Source: Candidatus Microgenomates bacterium (lineage in GTDB: Bacteria; Patescibacteriota; JACPGU01). Taken from it: a DNA stretch of 38,197 bases. Shown in pieces: positions 7,935-17,400 of the stretch (position 1 is its first letter; each line of letters starts with the position of its first letter). The DNA is taken from contig JACPGU010000004.1 of assembly GCA_016188915.1 (NCBI GenBank), forward strand, positions 1 through 38,197. Direction: 5' to 3'. Below the pieces are notes generated by a model, which was given only the letters and a program-made list of their open reading frames with translations, made no database searches and was not told the DNA's origin. Position numbers and translations under genes: made by a program.

Positions 7935-9062
7935 ATGCTAGACTATAATCAATGGTGCGAGATATCCTTGCCATCGCTTGACCATAATGTCAAAGAATTA
8001 AAAAAGATTGCCAAAGACACTAAAATCATGGCAGTACTCAAAGCCAATGCCTACGGGCACGGGCTGAAAGAAATTGGTAAAAGATTGGATAAGAATCCTG
8101 ACGTTTTTTCTTTTGGAGTCAATAGCGCCAATGAAGCTTTGGAGCTTAGAAAAAACAAGGTAAAAAAGCCGATTTTGGTTATGGGCTATGTTTCTTCAGG
8201 GGAATATAGTCTTCTTTCAGGCAATGATATTGAGGTAGTTTTATCGGGACAGGAAATGCTGGATCAGATAGAAAAAAAGTTTCAAGGACCAGGGAGATTA
8301 AAAGTGCACATAAAAATTGATACAGGACTAAATCGTTTGGGCTTTTTTCCTGAAGAGGTAGAGAGATTGCTAGACAAAATAAAGGGAAACAAAAAAATAG
8401 TAGTCAAAGGGATAATGTCACATCTGGCCGCTTTAGAGGAAGGACTTTTGGAGTATACTCAAAAGCAAATCAAAAGTTTTGCCCAAATTGAGCAACTTTT
8501 TGCTGATAGGGGATTCTTGGGATTGCGCCATATTGGCGCGGCCAGCTCTCTTTTGTCCTATCCCAATGCCTTTTTTGATATGGTGAGGGTAGGTATCAGT
8601 CTCTATGGGCTTTGGCCTTCAAAAACTACCAGGGATAAGGCCTTGTCCGATATTGACTTGAAGCCGGTAATGTCTTTTAAGAGTAAGATTATTTTCTTAA
8701 AAAGAATCAAAGAGGGTAGTTCCGTCGGATACGGCTGTTCTTTTTCGGCAAAAAAAGATATGCTAATCGGAGTTCTGCCTACTGGTTATTACGAGGGGCT
8801 GGACAGGCGCTTTTCCAACAAAGGAGAATTTGTAGTGGCGGGGCAAAAAATGCCTATTGTCGGACGAATTTGTATGAATATGTCCATGGTAGATTTATCA
8901 GCGGTAGCCGATAGAGTAAAGATAGGAGATGAAGTTTTAATTTTTGGCAGTAGTGGGGATGATTTAATCAGAGCGGAAGACTTTACTGAATCTATCGGCA
9001 CTATTGCTCATGAGATAACTTCAAAAATCCCTCTTTTTGTTCCGCGATTTTACGAAGAATAA
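7935..9062 (+). CDS. alr: Alanine racemase
   Basis: AVLKANAYGHG (PLP lysine), HIKIDTGLNRLG, VGYG, IVGRICMNM. Confidence 0.97.
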   Translation: MLDYNQWCEISLPSLDHNVKELKKIAKDTKIMAVLKANAYGHGLKEIGKRLDKNPDVFSFGVNSANEALELRKNKVKKPILVMGYVSSGEYSLLSGNDIEVVLSGQEMLDQIEKKFQGPGRLKVHIKIDTGLNRLGFFPEEVERLLDKIKGNKKIVVKGIMSHLAALEEGLLEYTQKQIKSFAQIEQLFADRGFLGLRHIGAASSLLSYPNAFFDMVRVGISLYGLWPSKTTRDKALSDIDLKPVMSFKSKIIFLKRIKEGSSVGYGCSFSAKKDMLIGVLPTGYYEGLDRRFSNKGEFVVAGQKMPIVGRICMNMSMVDLSAVADRVKIGDEVLIFGSSGDDLIRAEDFTESIGTIAHEITSKIPLFVPRFYEE

Positions 9063-9082
9063 GGGGAAAATACACAAAAAAT

Positions 9083-9634
9083 ATGATTTGGGAAAAAATA
9101 AATACAAAAGTTTTCTTAACTATCAACTCTTGGCCGCACCCAGACTGGGCAGTTTTTTTAATGCGATTTTTTAGTCTGATCGGGTATGGAGGTATTTTTT
9201 GGCTCGTATTGGCCCTGCTAATTATTTTACTCGACCAGAAGAAAATTCGCCGTGTCAAAGCCTTTTTCCTGATTGTTATCGCCTTGGTAGCGACACTGAT
9301 AATTAACGAAATTTTTATCAAAAATATATTTGCCATTATTCGTCCGCAATACGTCCTACTTGAGCCTGGTTTGCGGTTTTGGGAGAAAGGATTCTCCGAT
9401 TACTCTTTTGTGTCGGGGCACGCTTTTAGCTATTTTGCTTGCGCTTTTTTTTTGACAAAACTTTATTCCGGTCAATCTTGGTGGCTATATATTTTGGCTA
9501 CCATAACAGCTTTCTCGCGTGTTTATTTGGGCTCTCATTGGCCGTTTGATATTTTGGCGGGGGCTGCATTGGGGCTATTAACAGGTGTGGTTATTTGGCG
9601 ATTGTGGCATATTCCATTGAGTAAAAATAAATAA
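9083..9634 (+). CDS. PAP2-family membrane phosphatase (undecaprenyl-PP phosphatase-like)
   Basis: K..RP, SFVSGH and SRVYLGSHWPFD motifs; several hydrophobic helices. Confidence 0.9.
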   Translation: MIWEKINTKVFLTINSWPHPDWAVFLMRFFSLIGYGGIFWLVLALLIILLDQKKIRRVKAFFLIVIALVATLIINEIFIKNIFAIIRPQYVLLEPGLRFWEKGFSDYSFVSGHAFSYFACAFFLTKLYSGQSWWLYILATITAFSRVYLGSHWPFDILAGAALGLLTGVVIWRLWHIPLSKNK

Positions 9635-9654
9635 TAGATTATACTAATCGGCAT

Positions 9655-11004
9655 ATGAGCAAAAAAGAAGAAAAAAATAAAATTTCTGGATCGGAAAAAA
9701 TGGAAAAAATAGTATCGCTTTGCAAGAGGCGAGGATTTGTTTTTCCCGGCTCCGAGATTTACGGGGGATTAGCTAATACCTATGATTACGGTCCTCTTGG
9801 GGTGGAGCTCAAAAACAACATCAAAAAAGTGTGGTGGAAGTATTTTGTCCAAGACAGGGATGATATGACCGGTATTGATGGAGGGATTATTTCCTCCGCC
9901 AAGGTGTGGGAGGCGTCGGGGCATGTCCAAAACTTCAAGGATCCTCTGGTAGAATGTAAAAAATGCCACCATCGCTTTCGTCCAGATAAGCTTAAGGATG
10001 CAAGCAAATGCCCGGATTGCGGAGGGGGATTTACCGAGCCGAAATCCTTTAGTTTGCTTTTTAAGGCAATGATAGGCCCAGTGGAAGATGATCAAGTACT
10101 CGCGTATTTGCGGGGTGAGACCGCGCAAAATATTTTTATCAACTACAAAAATGTTTTAAATTCAACAAATAAAAAGATGCCTTTTGGCATCGGCCAGATA
10201 GGCAAGGCGTTTCGTAACGAGATTACGACGGGCAATTTCATCTTCCGCACCCTGGAATTTGAACAGATGGAGATAGAATATTTCATCAAGCCAGATTCAG
10301 ATTGGAACAAGCAATTTGAAGAATGGGTGGATTATATACATGGTTTCATGGATGTTATCGGCTTAAACCGAAAAAATATGGTCGATCATGAGATTGACAA
10401 GAAAGATTTAGCTTTTTACTCCAAGAGAACGATTGACATGGAGTATCAGTTCCCATTTGGTCAAGATGAGCTTTGGGCGATAGCGTACCGCACCGATTAT
10501 GACTTAACACAGCATCAGAAATATTCGGGTGAAAGCATGGAATATTTTGATGATGAAGAAGGAAAGCGTTATATTCCACATGTTTTGGAGCCGACCTTTG
10601 GGGTTGATCGCACGGTTTTGGCGGTGCTATCAGAAGCCTACGAAGAAGAAAAATTGCCCGACGGTGAGACGCGAGTAGTGCTTCATCTAGCGCCATCTGT
10701 CGCCCCTTACAAAGTGGCGGTTTTTCCGTTATTGAAAAATAAACCGGAGCTGGTGGCTAAGGCACGAGAAGTCTTGGCGATACTTAAAAAAGAATTCAAT
10801 GTCTTCTGGGACGACCGAGGTAATATCGGGAAAAGATATCGCTATCAAGACGAAATCGGCACGCCTTATTGCGTGACGGTGGACTTTGACTCGCTAGAAA
10901 AGGGGACGGTAACGGTTCGCGATCGTGATACGATGAAGCAAGAGGCTGTGGAGATCTCTGATCTGCCCATCTATCTCTACAAGAAAACTAGTGGACTATA
11001 TTGA
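9655..11004 (+). CDS. glyQS: Glycine--tRNA ligase, alpha2 (GlyQS) type
   Basis: SLCKRRGF, YDYGPLG, LRGETAQ, GKAFRNEIT, FEQMEIEYF, C-terminal anticodon domain IGKRYRYQDEIGTPYCVTVD. Confidence 0.97.
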   Translation: MSKKEEKNKISGSEKMEKIVSLCKRRGFVFPGSEIYGGLANTYDYGPLGVELKNNIKKVWWKYFVQDRDDMTGIDGGIISSAKVWEASGHVQNFKDPLVECKKCHHRFRPDKLKDASKCPDCGGGFTEPKSFSLLFKAMIGPVEDDQVLAYLRGETAQNIFINYKNVLNSTNKKMPFGIGQIGKAFRNEITTGNFIFRTLEFEQMEIEYFIKPDSDWNKQFEEWVDYIHGFMDVIGLNRKNMVDHEIDKKDLAFYSKRTIDMEYQFPFGQDELWAIAYRTDYDLTQHQKYSGESMEYFDDEEGKRYIPHVLEPTFGVDRTVLAVLSEAYEEEKLPDGETRVVLHLAPSVAPYKVAVFPLLKNKPELVAKAREVLAILKKEFNVFWDDRGNIGKRYRYQDEIGTPYCVTVDFDSLEKGTVTVRDRDTMKQEAVEISDLPIYLYKKTSGLY

Positions 11005-11147
11005 CGAAGGAAGGATTTATTAGCTAACATTCCTTATTAAAAATGATTCTCAAAAAAGTGCTTGACGGCACTTTTTTGGCGCGTAAAATTGGAGCTACGT
11101 GGGATTTTGCCCGGAAATTTTTTGTCGTTATCAAAAACAAAAACAAA

Positions 11148-11396
11148 ATGTTTCAAGCCAAAAACATTCAGAAGAAATTTATTTTGATCGCCCTCTTTGC
11201 CATAATCTTTTTTGGCGCCCAGACTGCGGTCATTTTTTATGCCAAAAAAACGATCAAAAACGCGGTAGCTAATAAAGACGCTTCCAGTTTCACTAACGCG
11301 CAACTGGAGCAGATCAATAACAGATTGATATCTTTGGAGCAGAGAATTAATTATATTCAAAGTTATATTATTGCCAACAACAATAGCAAAAAATAG
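11148..11396 (+). CDS. Small single-pass membrane protein with C-terminal coiled coil (ATG 11148 preferred)
   Basis: KKFILIALFAIIFFGAQTAVIFY hydrophobic helix then heptad LEQINNRLISLEQRINYI; candidate promoter TTGACG-16-TAAAAT at 11062-11089 lies inside the longer track ORF. Confidence 0.6.
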   Translation: MFQAKNIQKKFILIALFAIIFFGAQTAVIFYAKKTIKNAVANKDASSFTNAQLEQINNRLISLEQRINYIQSYIIANNNSKK

Positions 11397-11445
11397 CAGA
11401 TTATTAAAAAGCCAGCGTGGTGGCTGGCAGAAGGAGGGTGGTGTT

Positions 11446-14400
11446 ATGAGAACTAATTTTAAAAAATGGATAACGGGAATGTTGTCCTTGGGGTTGCTTT
11501 TGACACTTATCGGGCCGATTAGTCCGGTCAAGGCTGGCACGCCTTTTATCCAACAGGTGCGCTATGTTAGTCCGACTACTATAGATGTTGTTTTCTCCGA
11601 AGCGATGGATGCCACTACAACGCAAAATACCGCCAACTACACCCTCGCTACCTCCGCCACCGGCGACAACCACGCCATCACCTCCGCTACTTTAGCCACC
11701 ACCAATACTGCCAATGACACCGCTCGTATCGTGGCCAATCTTGCCCTCATCAGCCCATCAATGAGCGACACTATTACTATTGCCACCGGCGCCGGCGCGC
11801 CGAAAAGCTCTGCTACCTCCACCAACCAGACCGATGGTTTCCCGATGATGGCGATGTTGCAACAGGCGACCGTCGCTATTTCTGAAATCCAAACAGCGGG
11901 CGGTACGGCTACCGATGAATTTATCGAACTCTACAATAGAACTCCCGGCGCCGTAGACCTGACCAACTGGAAATTGAAAGTTATGGATAGCGCTGGTAAT
12001 GAAGCAGAATTGATCTCTAATATTGGCATTGCGTCACTGGCAGGCAACAAATTCGCGCTTTTTACTCATGCGACCGGTTATGATGGCACACCGACTGGCG
12101 ACGGGACTTATTCGGCAGCAGCTATCGGCGACGATAGCACCGTTCTTTTGTACGACAATAATAATATAGTAAGAGACATTGTCGGCTTTGGTTCGGCCAA
12201 GGTCAAGCAAGGTGATGTCATTACTTCCAACCCGGCGGCTAACGGTAGTTTGGAACGAAAATCGCATCCCGGCGCGACGGCTGAATCGATGGCGAGTGGA
12301 GGAAGCGACGCTACGCAGGGCAATAACTATTCTTCTTCTAACAATTTTTATGATTTCGTTACCCAGACGGTAGCTGTTCCGCAAAGCACAGCATCTCCTG
12401 CCGAAGCGCCGGTTGTAGGTGGCGGAGGAGGCACAGGTTTCGGCGCGGGGCGACCCAATATTGAATTCATGCCGATCATGCAATGGAAAGATGGCGCCGA
12501 TCTCAAAGTCATCGCGCGCGTTTTCGATCCGGAAACCGCCGAAAGTTCTCTGACCACCGCGCTTCATTACAAAGTCAATGCCGGCTCTTGGACTTCGGTC
12601 TCCGGTTTCTCCATGGGTAGCAATTTTTTCAAATTTATTATTCCCGACGCGGCTTTCGCTACCACGGATACTATCAGCTATTTTTTGAAAGCAACAGACG
12701 GCGATAGCAACGATCGCTACATGACACAGAATCCAACACTGGATATGTCTGACACGACGACCGATACCGACGCGCAAAGCAATCCTTTTACTTTCTCTAT
12801 CGTGGATGGCTCTGGCTGGGCTCGCACTATTTCAGGCACAGTCACCGATTCGGCCAGCGTAGCGGTGGCCAACGCCATTGTTTATTTGGTAGGCACCGGA
12901 TTTTCCGCCACCACTGCCGGCGATGGTACCTATACTATCTCTAATGTGACCGATGGTATCTATGATGGTCGCGCGTTTGCTTCGAGCAAAGGCGATATGT
13001 GGAAGAACGGCGTGACGGTCAATGGCGGTAACGCGACGGGCGTTAACTTTTCTCTGCCGGCTAGTTTCTCTGGCGGTATGGGTGGTGATTTCTCTCGTCC
13101 GAAGGTAATGTTCACCGCGCCTTTTGAAGGTATGAGCGGCGCGCCGGAAAATATCAATACCGGTTTTGCGCCGATTATGATTGGCTTTAACAAAGACATG
13201 GACGCTTCCACCTTTGTCAGTAATGATAATGTTTTTATCAGCACTGATGGTTCTACCGCGGTGGTAGGTCTGACTCTGACGCGCGCCTATGATGGGGGAA
13301 CAAAACAATTGACTTTGTCCTCCACGACCGCGCTGACTAAGGGGACGAATTATGTGGTCGTTTTGACGCCGAATGTCAAAGACGCTTCAGGTAACAGTAT
13401 TGACGGTAATACCTCATCGGGCAATTTCATTTTCAGTTTTACCACCGCTTTTGACGGCTCAACTTTTGGTGGCACGGGCGGGGCGGTTTTCCCTCCTTAT
13501 GTGACGGGAACAACGCCAAGCTTTGGCGCTTTCAACGTTGCGACCAATGCCAAAATGCGAGTGATTTTTTCCGACCCGATGGATACTTCCACTATTAGCA
13601 CCACCACGATCAAAGTTTATGAAGGCGCCAGCTCAACGGCTCTGTCGGGAACAACAGTGACGCTCGATACTTCAACGAGAAAGACCGCAACCATCACGAC
13701 CGCAAGCGCTTTGACCGCGAGCACCAAATACACCATCAAGGTATTCGGGGGAGTGAAATCCGCGACCGGTATTTTTGGCCGACAGACAACAACAGAAGAA
13801 ATGATGCGCGCGGAATTTACCACCGGCACCGCTACCGACTCTGCCGCGCCACGGGTGGCGGGAGGCAACCTCGATATTTATAAATCAACAGCGACTTGCG
13901 CTGTTTCGGCGGTAGATTGTATCACCAATGTTCCGGGCGGAATAGGAGTAATCAATCTCGGTTTCACTGAAAATATGGATCCTTCTACCATCACCAGTTC
14001 CTCTGTCGTTTTGAAGAAGGGGAGTGTCGAGGTCTCAACAACGGTGAGCTTTGACCCGCTTAATAATACTGTTACCATCGCGCCACTGACGGCTCTCTCG
14101 CCTCTGACGACCTATACGCTCACCGTAGCGACGACGGTTCTCGACAGTGTTAGCAACGCACTCGATCAGGATACAGTAACAGCAGGATCGCAAGGATATA
14201 CCGCACTCTTCAAAACTTCCGATACAGTAGATACTACCGCGCCGACCGTTCTTTACGCGGCAGCTGACGACTTCTCGGTCGCGGTGACTTTCTCCAAGCC
14301 AATGAACGCCAGCAAATTGGGCGATACCGGCTATACTAATTCTGTTTTGAACAAAGACAATTATTCAACCATAAAACAAGGAGCGGCTGGAACAGATTTT

Positions 14401-17400
14401 GCCGGTGGGGGAGGAACAGCAGTTCCTTTGACGAATGCCAGTGTCACGTATGACGCGATGAGCAATACGGCCATCATTAAAGGAGTGCAACTGACAGCGG
14501 GCAACGACTTATATATAGTAGTAAATAATGCCGCGGTCAAAGATGTTTCCGGCAATCTCTTGAACGGTAGCGCCAACGCCTCTACTTCTCCTATCAAAAG
14601 TAGCGCGACTACCGGTGGCATGATTGGTCCCGGTGGCGGGGGAATGATGAATTTCTCTTCCGGTGAAGGATCATTTACCACCATGACCGGCTTCGGCGGT
14701 TTTGAGGCCAGCGCTATGGGCACCCGACCGGTAGGCGTGATGCCGATGAACCAGATGGCAGGGTTGACGAGCAAGTACTTTATTGACTTGCCGGTAACGA
14801 AAGCCATTGTCGATGCCTCCACGCTAGTGCTTACTTTCCCTTCAGGATTTGATGTGACCAATGCTGCCAAAGACGCGGCCAGTCCATCGAGCAAAGATAT
14901 GAATGGTCCGGGCGCCGGCACTATTACCTTTGATAATACCTATAGTAGCGATGGTGTGTCATCTGATGTTTTGGCTCGCACCGTGACGGTCAAATTTGAT
15001 GTGACTGGTACGCCATCAGCCACTGATTTCTTGCACCTGGATCTGGATGGTATCAAAAATAGTTCTATTCCTAAGGACTTCAATACTTCCGGCTATACAG
15101 TAGATATGAAGACGAGAGATAGCGCCGGAGTGCAAATGGATTCCAGTACTTCCATGCCGTTTTTCATCACCGCGGCCGGTACTTATACAATTTCCGGAAC
15201 GATTACCGCGGCCGGCGCTTCTACCGGCACGGCCAAGATCTTCCTTGGCTCGCCAGCCACCGGACCAATGGAAACAACTTCCATCGCTTTCTCTAATGGT
15301 AGTGCTACCTATACCTTCAACAATCTGCCCGCCAGCGACTATTGGCTTTCTACCGAACCGTCGGTAACGCTCGGCGCTAATGATTATTTCGGTATCAATA
15401 ATTCAGAACCAATCAGGCTTTCCGCTACCAACAGTCCTTTGACGAAAAATCTGACTTTGGCGGCAGCTTCCGGTGGCGCGGCAGTGACGGTCAATATCGT
15501 AGGAACATTCAATTCATTAGAAGGGAATATCGATATCTTTGCCGGTGGCTGGAGTGGCTTCGCGGTCAAAACTGTAGAACTTAACGACACCTACGGCGCT
15601 GGCTCTCCGTATTCAACGACACTCCGCATCCCGTCAGGATCTGACGGCACCTGGTATGTGGGAGTCGGTCCGGCAATGCCAAAAGGCGCCATGGGCGGTA
15701 TGATGCCAGAGATGTCCTTTGTCCCACCGCCATCACAAGAAGTGAAGGTGACCAGTGGCACTGGCACTGCCAGCCCTTCTACTTTGACATTCACTGTTTC
15801 TACCGCCAATCGCACGATCTCTGGTACGGTAACTGACGGCACGACAGCGATCTCTAATGCCGAAGTTTTCGCCTATCAGCCGATGGGTGGATTCGGCACG
15901 CCACCGACCAAGACGGCCTCGGACGGCACCTTTACCTTGAAAGTAGCTGACGGCACCTACAAAGTCGGCGCAATGTTGCCCGGTCTTTCCAAACCGGTAG
16001 AACAATCCGTCACTGTTAGTGGCTCTAATGTTTCTGGCATTACTTTGAAACTTTCTAAACCAAATTACACTATCTCCGGTAAAATGACTGACGGTACCAA
16101 CGGCGTTTCCTACGCGCCGGTCTGGGGCTACAACGAAACGACGGGAGAATATTCCAATACGATGACTGACTCTTCCGGTAATTATATTCTTTACGTTAAC
16201 GCCGGCACCTGGAAGGTAGAAGGCGACGCCCCGGGCTACGGCAAGATGCCTTCTATTACAGTTACTGTCACCACGACCTCGCAATCCAATCAAAATCTGC
16301 GTCCGGGATCAACCAATATGGCTACTGTTTCCGGCACAGTGTCTATCGGCGGATCGGCTACTTCCAAAGTCAACGTTTGGATTGAAGGCAATGATTCCAG
16401 TGGCGGGAGATTCAATAATTATACGGTAACCGCCTCTGACGGCACGTACTCTTTGAAAGTACCCGGTGGTACCGGCTATACTGTTCGCGCTTGGACACCA
16501 AATTACGGCGATCTAACACCGGTCGTTATCGGCGCTATTGCTGAAGGAGCTGCGCTTACCGGCAAAGATTTCACTATCGCTTCCGGCGCGACAGCGACCA
16601 TTACCGTCAAGTTCACCAATACTTCCGGACTTTCTGCGACCCAAGGTTTCGTGGACATCTTCAATCCGACCACGGGCCGTGGCTCGCACTTGGACATTAA
16701 AGATATTACCAGCAATCCAACCGCGGCCGGTACTATTGCGCTACCCAAAACATCGGGCTCTGATACCTACAAGGCATTCGTGCATATTCCGGGTTTCGGC
16801 GAATTCGCGCCGACAGTCGTTTCGGGATCTTTGGCGCAGGATTTCACCCTAACCGCGGATAGCAACCTCAATTTCAGTCTACCGACTAGTAGGCGCACCA
16901 TTACGGGGCGAGTCTATGTAGATACCAATGCGGACAGCGATTACGATTCAGGAGAAGAGATTCGCGAAGCCTTCGTCTGGCTATTTAATAAAACTACTGG
17001 TTCACACAACGGTACGCAGACCGCTTCTGACGGCACCTACACTCTAAATGTTTCCGACGGCACCTACGATATCGGCGTGGATAAGCCAAGCTACACTTCT
17101 CCGGCGCCAACGGCTCTGACTATTTCTGGCAATTTAACTGATCAAAATTTCGTTCTCTCTGCTTCAGACAGAACCATTGGTGGTACCATCACCTCCGATG
17201 GCTCGACAGCGCTTACGAGTGCGTGGGTTTGGGCAGAAAAAGTAACCTCACTTACCGATCTTACGCCAGCTGGTGGTTGGGCGGGAGGACAAACCGATCC
17301 TTCAGGCGTCTACTCGCTTGCGGTATCCGCCGGATTTTGGCAAGTGAGAGCGGTCGCGCCTGGTTATCAAGAAACAAAATACAAAGTAGGAACAACACCC

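Noticed and set aside
10990-11004. Recoded TGA (genetic code 25)
   Set aside because: glyQS and the giant gene end at TGA exactly where their domains end, and long ORFs contain no in-frame TGA.
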